Part shown: piece after piece, positions 39,391-49,850 of the stretch
How positions within the stretch are numbered: position 1 is the first letter of the stretch
Layout: every line of letters begins with the position of its first letter
Source of the DNA: Raillietiella orientalis
Taxonomy: Eukaryota
Direction of reading: 5' to 3'
NCBI GenBank assembly: GCA_036172245.1
Contig: JAYWIR010000017.1
Location: 3,720,001 to 3,784,000, forward strand
Length of the DNA stretch: 64,000 bases
Made by a program: the position numbers and the translations under genes
The notes under the pieces: model-generated
Databases searched by the model: none
What the model saw: only the letters and a program-made list of their open reading frames with translations
What the model was told of the DNA's origin: nothing

Positions 39391-40440
39391 CATGTGGTTC
39401 ACAGTTGCTTCACTGCTGGAATCTTTCACAAGTCTCCAAGAAATCCAATTTCATTCAAAATCTGAAAAAAAAACACAAAAACAAAATTAAACACTCAAAA
39501 AACACAACTCTTTTAGCATTGCATTCGATTAATTTAACATTATATACCAAATTATCAAACACACAAAGCATGAACATCACAACTATAAAATACTAAAATT
39601 TCAATTTCCATATTCCATAATAATAATTTTTTGTAAATCATAATGCTTACTTCAGCTGGGTTTTCTTTGGTTTTGGGGGAAGTGCATACACTTAATTGCA
39701 AGAAAATCATTTTGCACTTAAAAGTGACTCACAACTGAAGTTCACATGCACCATAGTGATCAACCTGTGTTTGTTATTTCCATCCTTTTATTAAAAACAT
39801 AACTTTACAGCGCTCATACTGTCTGAAAAATCGTAAAACATCTTCAACCAGAACATTACCCTTTTCCCAACTATGACCAAATGAGGCTTACCTATTTCTG
39901 CAATTTATACATCAAATCCGTTTTCGTTGACTGCGGACGGCACCTGGACCCGGATTCTTATCAATAACCATCTTCTGCATGGAAAACCTTAAGGAGGAAA
40001 TTCCGTCATTGTATGATAATCAAAGTACTTCCTTATTTTTCAAGAGGCCCCTAATTGATCAGATGGCCCCTAATTCTCTGCAAAGAAGATTTAGAGTATC
40101 TCTGAAACTATCAGAAATATCAGTGGAACTCATCACAACTGAACCTGGAATTTTTTCTTCCCTACAGGAAACGGTCTTCTCACCTTAGGACCTAGATTTT
40201 CAGCATCAGTTGAACTGTGATTACAAACTTCGGCATACTGCAACGACTACCGTCGATTATGCTCACCACATTTCAAACACAAAAATAATCGTGCTACGTC
40301 ATCAGCCCTCTGAAATGCTTTCACTTAAGAATGGTTTAAAAAGGTGTATTCTAAATGCACAGTAGCTTACTGTTTCCGTCAGGAAATCATCAACATTATT
40401 TCCAACATGGGCTCCGGCTGCCTCTTCCACCGCTAGGCAA
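39391..40440 (-). ncRNA. Putative multi-exon non-coding snoRNA host transcript. Exons ~40440-40371, 40309-40267, 40214-40184, 39974-39892, 39822-39733, 39690-39651, 39461-39391; ends undefined
   Basis: Regular series of strong donors (GTAAGC x3, GTGAGC, GTGAGA, GTGAGT, GTTAGA) and AG acceptors gives introns of 61, 52, 209, 69, 42 and 189 bp, the same size class as neighbouring genes. The longest spliced ATG-ORF I traced is ~32 aa and stops upstream of several introns. Confidence 0.6.
40053..40140 (-). ncRNA. SNORD67-like: C/D-box snoRNA, SNORD67-like, predicted guide for 2'-O-methylation of U6 snRNA C60
   Basis: C box GTGATGA (40136-40130), D box CTGA (40062-40059), 78-nt span, internal 9-bp hairpin TATTTCTGA/TCAGAGATA. 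The guide AGGGGCCAT directly 5' of box D is complementary to U6 AUGGCCCCU, and the D+5 rule points to C60 (human numbering). It is intronic, about 83 nt upstream of the 3' splice site. Confidence 0.8.
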
Positions 40441-43400
40441 CGCATACCCAATGCCACCGGCACAGCTGACGTAATGAAATGAAATGCTGTTTCACGATGC
40501 CTTCAACTTAAAGTATACAACTAGAAATTTTTTCTTTTTTGCAACAGGGTGGATGAAATATTTATTTTATGCACTACCTTATTCTTGACGTACTTAATGT
40601 AAATTGTTGATGTAAACTGGAAACTTGTTTTTCCAGGAACTTTCCCTTTTCGACGACTCCAACAGATTGCTTGCTATTCAAACAAAATCATCACTTGGGG
40701 ATATCTTCCACGGTTATCTGCGGTATCCAAAAAAAATATTTGTTCAGCACTGTTAGAAGTTATGAAAGCCGCATATTTAACTAGGATAAAATTACATAAA
40801 ACACCAAGTCGACCTTTCAGAGCTCTGCTTTGAAAATTAGCATATAGCTACAGTTCTTCCAACAGGAGTTCTTTTGCGTTTATTGTACAACTTCCCAAAG
40901 TTTCCATGTGAATTGCTGAGAAGATCAAGAGCTACTTGAGTTCGGGAATTGTGCACTTTAAATTGTGTTTCCATCTGAAATGTATTAACTCAAGACTGAC
41001 CTGATTAATTAAACGACAATAAGAATTCTAAAGTAAATTCCCGCCATCCTCTAGACAATGAAAAAAGCTCTAAAGGAGTTCAAGAAATAACATATTATGA
41101 AGCCTAAATGGCACTCATAGATTACTGGTACATAAATTAATACATCACATTCTTTGTGTAAAAAACGAATATCGATGGGCTTCAAGTTTCCCCCCTTAAA
41201 TTCGTATTAGACGATAATTTTTGCACATTATTCTCAGGATACTCTGTGGTAGTAGTGAACTCATTTTTAAAATATGATTCAGTTTGATTATTAATTTATT
41301 GCAATAATTCTTAATTTCCTTGCATTTTTATACTTTCAATTAGTTTCAGTCTTTTGTACAGTCTTAGCCTGATCCCAATAAAAAGACAGCCTATTATATG
41401 CATGAATAGTGGATGGGAAAGGAAAATTTATGCAGGTTTGAGATTCGGGAGGAATGTTCTGTTTACAGTTTAAATCGAGGCTAGCAACAAACTATAGCAC
41501 AAAACACAATAACATGGCGAAACGGAAAAAAAGGTCCTTGGAAAATAAGTCTAATAGGAATTGTGCTAGATGCCCACAATAAACACGTTCCTAATACAAA
41601 AATAAAAAGCATTGTGATGCGTGACAAAAACCATCCAAGAAATTAAGTTCAAATAATCACTAACTCATCGTCATCTCAGCAGGTGCTAAAAGCATTAAGC
41701 AGAAAACATCAAACATAGGTATCATATTACTTAACACCTCTTCATGCACGTATAATAAAATGAGGAAGAAGAAACACATGAAAACCGAATCGAATCGAAA
41801 TGAGTTTCTTCCTTCTGATGCAGCCATTTCCATCTGCACTCTTTTTGGCAATATCCAAAAATCCACACTTTGTAGGGTAAGGGAGGGAGGGGGAGAGAAA
41901 TTGTAGTTCTTCTTTATTTCCAGAAAAACGAATAAATAATAGCACCCATATATCGAGAAAATCATCAGGTATTTCTTTGCTAATAAAATCAACGTTTTAT
42001 TGATCAACATATCAGTAACCAGAAGACTTTGGTAGGTGAAATTTCGAACCCAAAACGCTCGTCTTCCAGAAAAGATCATATTAAAGCCAGCACTTTTATA
42101 TAAAAACAAAAAGAGTGCCTTCTCTCGAATACTGAAAATAGGTGCAATTATAAAATGTATTTTGTTCTTCGTACTCGAAAAGTTTGCTGAGTTAGTCTTT
42201 TAATGTTTTATTTTTTGGAGTAGCTTTTTACAGGTAGCACTAGCTTTCATAGGTAACTGTACTGCAATACAGAAAGTAGTTGATCATTGGTATAAGAAAT
42301 ATTTCACAGCTTTACTAAGAAGAGCATGAAAAAAACAAACTTGATTTTCTGTTTGTTTTCTTTGTAAAGATTGTTTATATTTGTGTATGACACAGCATAC
42401 TCTCCTTCAACATTTATCAATCAAAAACACAAATGCCAAAAAGAACGTATGAACGCACACAAAGTCTTGCCTACTCAAAAAGATTGAGAATTGAACAAGA
42501 GTATCTTAAGCATTTTGATGGATCATCCACGCTCACAATAGCAAAGTTTGAACGCAAATCCTTGATGCTTTCAAAAAAAAAACTAATCCACTTCATAGTG
42601 GAGACTACATGTACTTTTATGAGCATAAGTTTCAATACAAGTATGCTTCAAAGCGATCTCGCTCATAACACTCAGCGGAGAGTTGTTTAGGCAGATAAAA
42701 CTGATGGGGCTTTTGGATGTTTTTAGGTTTTAGAGTTCAAGCTAGAGGGGGCTAAAGTATAGTAAACTAAGATCTGTGAACCGTGAGCTGCAGAAAAATA
42801 TCTCGAGTTTGTTTAGCATTCGTGATCGTGAAGTTTTGACTCATTTTCACTGGATGAATTTCTGGCTGGTCTATTTTGAATTATCCCAGAAACGTAGATG
42901 TAGGATCATTTCTCTTTGCTCCGTGAAGATGTAAAAGCTGTTTCGCATACATAGCATCGATTCAATTCAATGATGCTGTCAAGACTTGCACATTTGAATT
43001 CGGAAATTCACTGTCCTTGGAGTTTTGAAGTGATTTTTTAGTTTATGTTTGGCAAGGCAGCTACTCGACATCCATTACACCACAGTTAGTACACATTGAA
43101 ATTGTAATATTTCCAGGAAAATCTTCGGCTTGGTTTTCAGGTGATTCCATGATCTGTTTGCTAAACTATAATTCGCTCGTCTTGCTTTTCAATTCACAGG
43201 GCATGCAAGTGATAAAGACCAGCGAAATGCCAGTGGCCATGTACTGAAAGCATACTTCTTTGCACTACATAGCTTACATTTGTAAAGCAATCTCTAGCTT
43301 ACTATCAATCAGCAATAAGTGGGGTGTGCACTCGGAAGTCAGAGCCCGCTCCATCAAATTAAAGTACACTTTAAAAGTTAGTGCAGAGTCGCTGGTTGTT

Positions 43401-44941
43401 CCAGTGCCGTCTTGGTCTGATTCATTTATGTTAATTTAATCCTGCAGGTTTATGTCCTACTTAGGAAGATGGAAGTCGAGATGGAAAATTTGCTTCACTT
43501 TAAGCAGACAGGATAAGGTATGACAGAATTTCAACTAGGCTGTTGTGTTGAATACATCAGGTTTTGGGGGAATTCTACAAAGGATTAGAATGGGATCATT
43601 TGTCCAGCTCCGCAGAGCACTATGCAAATTGCATGTGTAATTAACACGAAGTTTATTCGTCCGTCTTGGTCAGACACTAGGTTGATAGTGTATTTATTTT
43701 GATGGCTTCTCATTTCTGAAGCATCATCATCTACTGGATGAAGTTTTATTTTCTCTGCTTACCATTTTTGAATGCCGACATTGCACATTGTATCTTATAT
43801 GCGGCATCGACACCATTTGTTCCAAGGATTGGCAATCAGCATTCCAATTAGAATCAACATTCTAAATCAATTTCCTAATTAGAATATCGCTAAGATGCAA
43901 AATTTTCTAGGTTCAAGATTTAATTTTAAAGATAGTGAAGGATTTTATCAGATCAAAGAGGTAAGCTCAGCATTAATATTGTACTATTAGTTAAGAATTT
44001 CTTGTGACCGGAAATGATGAACTAAATAATCGATAAAGGCTAATGGAAGTATAAGAAGAAGAAGAAAAAAAAAAGACAGTAGAAGTTAAAGGAATTTCCT
44101 GAAACTTTAGTTGCTGTCAACATTGTTACTGGATACACAATCACTGGTTCCTGAATTTTTAGATTGTTCCTTTCGAGCATTTTGGACGAGTAATTCTCGA
44201 TCTTAAATAAACTAGAATCTAGAAGAAAACAACAGCCGTTATGATATTAGCTCGATTCTCCATTCGTTCAAGTTACGAGTCCTAATCTTTTTGCATCTTC
44301 CAAGAATAAATTAGAATAGAGCAACTAATAGTCCCATGATTGCCATATATTCGTGTGCTACGCACTGCGCTGATGTTGGTCTGAAATGTGTAACAGCACT
44401 ACTTGTTTGACTTTCATAACTAATTTGCTTTTAGAAGTTTACGAGCGCTTTTTGCTATTGAATTTTTTCAAAATGCATGAGAAATGTGTTCAAGCAATAT
44501 AAAAGTTTAAGTGTTTGAAGTGGGGAGAGTTTGCGTAACAGGTGCACCAGTGCCACACCATCGTATGGGTAAAAGGCGTGATCTGAACATATGTTAAGTT
44601 TTAAAAAATTTTTATGTCTGTAAGTCAGAGGTTTTAATCATGCTTAATATCAAGTGTTCAAAAATATAATCCAAATTATACTTTTTGTATATATAGAATG
44701 TTGCCCAATTGTGTAAAGTTCGTATTTCATGAAGATAGGTAAATGCAAAGCAAGATAAATATCTTGCATGAAGTACCACGTTAAACTTTGGAATATCATG
44801 ATGACCCCATCAAATAAGCATGCCGTTGGTCAGTGTTTGAGATAATTTGTGATAGCTGCAAGTCCGTAGTTTGATACAGACTGACATGAAATCAACCAGG
44901 TTACAAAATTCAGTGAAGTATTTGTTTAATCATAAGCTACA

Positions 44942-47900
44942 ATGACATTAGCAAAAGTTAAAGGAAATCTCGAGCGGTTGTTCGATAAAAATTTAACTGA
45001 TTTAGTAAGAGGAATACGCAACCATAAAGAAAATGAGGTAATCAATATGGTATCAAGATCGAGGGCGATAAAAAAATGCATGTCCTTTTTAGGGAAAGTA
45101 TATCACTCAGTGTCTAGAGGAAATTAAACAAGAACTGAAGCAAGATAATATTTCAGTAAAGGCCAATGCAATTGCAAAGCTTACTTATGTAAGATGAGCT
45201 TATTATCACCACATGCCTTTGACAAACTTGTACTTACTGTAATATGTATTGATTTATGCATGAAATATAGATTAAAATTTCTCACTTATAGAGCGTTGTA
45301 AATAAGCGCGCCGAAAGTTTTGATGGACAGTTGACGTTTATTTGAAGTTATTCAAATAATTTTTTGTTATTTAAATTTAAATTAAACCTTTTGCCCTTAG
45401 AATTTCTTATTGAATCGTAAAATCCAATTGTATACACTAAGAGAAAATTTAAAACTCGAGCCATAATTTACAGTTGTTTAATATTGTATGTAGCTTCAGA
45501 TGCTTGGCTACGATATGAGTTGGGCAGCTTTTAACATCATTGAAGTAATGAATGCTCAAAAATTCACATTCAAGCGAATTGGTTACTTGGCTGCTTCTCA
45601 GTGTTTTCATGAAGAAACTGAAGTAAACTGCAAAATATTATTTGTAAAAGAAACAAAAATGACATATTTTATCTTACAAGGTTTTAACACTGACAACCAA
45701 TATGATAAGAAAGGATTTCATGAGCAATAATCAGTATGATGTGGGTACTGCACTTACTGGATTAGCCTGTTTTGTTTCTCGTGATTTAGCATGCAATCTT
45801 GCTAATGATATTATAATTCTGGTCAGTATATTTTATTCTTATAAGGTGATTATTTGTAGTAAGACATTTTGCTTTTAAACATGAAGCATGCCTTAGTTCT
45901 TGATAGCATTGTAAACTATCATTCCAACTCTTTTAAACTAGCCAAAAAAAAAAAATACTTTGTAGCTCTCATCAACAAAAGCCTATTTAAGGAAGAAAGC
46001 TGTTTTACTCTTATATTGGATTTTCATGAAATACCCAGAAGCAATGAAATCAGCATTTCCAAAATTAAAAGAAAAACTTGAAGATGCTGATCCAGGTCTT
46101 GTTTTATCTTTATGTTCATATTTTTGAGCAAACTTATTTGCTACTGCTTGAAGACTACGGTTATTCCTCCTAAGCATGTGGAAGTGCAGTACTTATGTGA
46201 TAAATAACGTGTTTCCAGAAGTTTTTGTGCAATTCTTTTTAATGCATCAATGTTAATGTGGTATTCAATACATTATAGGTGTTCAATCTGCTGCTGTGAT
46301 AGTGATTTGTGAACTTGCTCGCAGAAATCCAAAGAATTATTTGTCTTTATCTCCTGTTTTCTTTCATTTGATGACATCTTCTACCAATAACTGGATGTTG
46401 ATTAAAATCATCAAACTGGTGAGTAAGATTATACTGTCTGATTATCAGAGTGAAGTAGTTGTTGCTTGTAATTTAAACCTGAATGTGATATCAAATGTTT
46501 TTGTACCAATGTAATGTACTCTTTGCAGTTTGGTGCCCTCACACCACTGGAACCTCGTCTTGGTAACAAGCTCATCGAACCTCTTACTAATCTCATCCAC
46601 AGGTAAATCATAGCTAAGCCATATTCATGGCTCACATGTACCCAGCACTTCTGCCATGTCCTTGCTGTACGAATGCATTAACACTGTCCTGGCTGGTAAG
46701 CTCTTCATAACGGTCTTAGTTATTGATATGCTATTTAGTTCTTCTCACTGTTTCTTCTGGACTTCCTAATCATCAAGCATGCATTCAGGTAACTTCTTAA
46801 TGTTTAATTCATCAAAATTGCCGTGCATTTTTAGCTCTGTGTGCAAAAGTTGCGTACACTTATTGAGGATTCTGACCAGAATCGTGAGTTTTGTATTTTC
46901 CAAGAGTTCTTGTAATGAATGCATTGTCATTAGTCAAATATTTGGGTCTGCTAGCCATGGGTCGTATTCTAGCCACTCATCCAAAATCAGTACAGCTTCA
47001 TAAGGATTTGATTTTAGGATGTCTAGAAGATAAAGATGAATCAATTCGTTTGAGAGCATTGGATTTGCTACATGGGATGGTCAGGTCATTTCTGATGAAC
47101 AAAATGCTTTGCAAGTTATCTGTATTCATGTTCACTGTAGGTTTCAAAGAAGAATCTAATGGAAATTATCAAGAAGCTCATGCAACACATGGATAAAGCA
47201 CAAGGCATTACTTACAGAGATGAAGTGCTATCCAAAGTTGTGAAATTGTGCTCACAAAACAGTTATCAATTCATATCAAATTTTGAGTGGTGAGTGAATA
47301 CTACCCATTGCATGAAGTAGGGAAAACAGTGATTGTTGGTAGGTATATCAGTGTGCTGGTACATATCAGCCAAGTGCAGGGGATGCAACATGGCCAATTA
47401 GTAGCTGATCAGTTAATTGATGTTACTATCAGGGTACCAGCAGTACGCTCTTTCTCAGTTGTTCAGATGGCTATATTACTTAGTAACATGTATGGAAGTG
47501 GAGATGGTGTGTTGCTCCCCAATGTTGCACCTGAGGTTCTGTGTGCAGCAGCATGGCTTTGCAGTGAATTTGCTCAGTGAGCCCCTCTTATGAATGCAGA
47601 AGGAATCTTATAATTTTTCTTCTTCTAGATATCTGCCAGATGTCAAAAGTACTTTCCAAGCATTAGTGAATACTACACTAGGAACCATGCCACCCTATGT
47701 GCAAGCAGCATTCATTCACACCATGCTACGATTGTATGCAAGTCTTATATCTGATGAAAAGGAGGATTGCGCCAGTAAACTGACAGATCAGTTTATGGCC
47801 TCTTTGAAGCAGCTATCATGTAGTTGTGACATTGAAGTGCAAGAACGCGCTTGTTGTGTGATGCAGATTCTTTCTTGCCTTTCTGAGATACATCCTGAAC

Positions 47901-49850
47901 ATCAATTTTCGGCTGGAGAAGAGTTGTTGCAGCTCTTCCAAGGGGATCTAAATCCTGTTGCTCCAAATGCACAGAAAAAAGTTCCTGTTCCTCAAGGGCA
48001 AGTTTCTAATCTTCATTGAAGTACAAATAAGTGGTACTTTAGGTTAGATCTAAATTCTTGGATCAATCCTTGGCCATCTGTTCACCAAGAAAAAAATATG
48101 TTGCCTGCATTTGCTTGGTTTGTACCTCCTGACTCCCAACCAGATACACAGGAAGCTTCAATAGTGCCAGAAGATGAGCTCGAAAAGGTATTGAAGACAT
48201 TGAATCTTTATAGATGCTCATTTCAAGATCATGTGTTTACAGAAACGAGAAGCTCGCAAGCGAGAGCAAATGAACAATCCACATTATTTAAAATCTCGTG
48301 ACCATCAATTAGTTAATGATTTAGTACCTGTTGCTCCCCTGACACTTGGAACCCCTTTGCAGATTGCATCTCACAGTTTTCTTATGGAGACAGATAATGA
48401 AGCAATCAAAATCACAGGCCACAACCAGCTTCAGAATGGTATAATTGTCGCTAGATGCATTTGTCTTATCTAGTGTCTATAGGCTTGTTAGAGTCCAGCA
48501 ATGGAAGTGATCTTCCTTTGCCCTGTCCAGTTGTCAATATGGATGCAGGAGAATTGCCTGAAGGTGCGGATGTTTCTGAAAAAGAAGTGGACCAATCTGA
48601 TTTTCTGCAGTTGGGCTTGGAGGAACTAGTGCTGTCTAATTGCATGCAGTCCAAGTAAGAGGCATTGTGTTCAAAAAAATATAAATGTTGATTCTCTTCG
48701 TTTTAGAAAGCAGGGTCATACCCAGAAAGATGAGAAATCTTTGAAGAAGAAACGTACTAAGAAAAGAAGTGACCCCAGTAATTTGGTTTGTATTCAGAGT
48801 GAACCTTGGATGGTATTTTAACTTTTGTGTGCAGCATTCTAGTATGTTAGAAGTGTGGCTCGAACAAGACACGGTGCAGAATTTCGTTCCTCTTAAAACG
48901 AAGGCTGTTTCAAAGAAGAATAAGCACAAGAGAAGTAGTAAAGGGAGTCAGAGATCCCATGAAGATCACCCATGCAAGGACCGTTGCCAGTATGAGTGTT
49001 TTGATGCCACTCCTGTCTCTGTTGAGAATCATTTGGAAACAGAATCAGCTGATTTGCAGCTCTTAGCGGAAAATGCCCATGTTAGATTGGTAAAAACTCT
49101 GAATGTTCTGCATTCATTCATTTACATTGCATTAGTCTTCTAGACTGGAGCCTCAGAGTAACAGTGTCCTGCTTGAGGTGTGTTGTACCAATCAGGGATC
49201 ATTTTTGCTTACTGACTTGGAAATCAACACAGTAGATACCCTTAATGTGCAAAGGAAAGTAGGTATCGCAGCCAGTCAGTTTCCAAAGGCGTTGCCACCA
49301 TCAGCATCTTGCAATGTTCAGTGTCTCTTACATGTTTCTACGTATGTACCACAGCAAGTGAAAGCCACTCTTACGTACATGGTGGGTATGAATACTCTTT
49401 ACGAGCTGAAGATATCTGCTGTATTTCTTTCAGATCCCCAACACGTCTACTTGTGAGAAACTAGATTTCAGAATTCCAATCCCAGTTTCACTATTTCTCC
49501 AATTTGTTCCACAGACTGTTGACCACTTGGTAGGAGTTTTCCAACAGAATGAGCTACCTTTTCAGTGAGTTCCTAACTTGGATGGTTGACATTTCTTTTG
49601 CAGAGATACTATTAGTTGCCTCATCAATGTGGACATGGATTCTGCTGTGCACCAATTACAGACCAAATTCAAATGCTGTCTTGTAGAGAGGAAAGATTTT
49701 TCTGCCTTACTTCATTCTACTTTTCTCAATTGTCAGCAGTTAGCAGTATTAGTGAAAAGTAGGAATGGACTTGTGGACATTCAAGTGAAGTGTAGTGATC
49801 ATCAATTGCTATCCTACATCGTAGATGAGCTACGGTCCACTTTTCTGTGA
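44942..49850 (+). CDS. AP3D1: AP-3 complex subunit delta, ~1107 aa, 22 exons: 44942-45037, 45093-45188, 45494-45622, 45681-45821, 45966-46095, 46279-46418, 46529-46602, 46646-46695, 46739-46788, 46835-46883, 46934-47079, 47141-47289, 47343-47576, 47629-47997, 48043-48187, 48243-48438, 48483-48654, 48707-48785, 48835-49089, 49136-49381, 49434-49564, 49604-49850
   Basis: Recognisable delta-adaptin segments: FDKNLTDLVRGIRNHKENE, QMLGYDMSWAAFNIIEVM, CELARRNPKNYLSL, FGALTPLEPRLG, EDKDESIRLRALDLL, EVQERA, LNPVAPNAQKKVPVPQGLDLNSWIN, and the C-terminal ear (EKLDFRI..VKCSDHQLLSYIVDELRSTFL). Exons sum to 3324 nt in frame. Boundaries in the hinge (exons 16-19) are less certain. Confidence 0.97.

Noticed and set aside
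44014..44102. C/D snoRNA (ATGATGA...CTGA)
   Set aside because: No terminal stem, the interior is low-complexity purine sequence, and TTAAAGGAATT is sense, not antisense, to 18S rRNA.
44798..44884. C/D snoRNA upstream of AP3D1
   Set aside because: The boxes are present, but there is no canonical terminal stem and no recognisable rRNA/snRNA antisense element.
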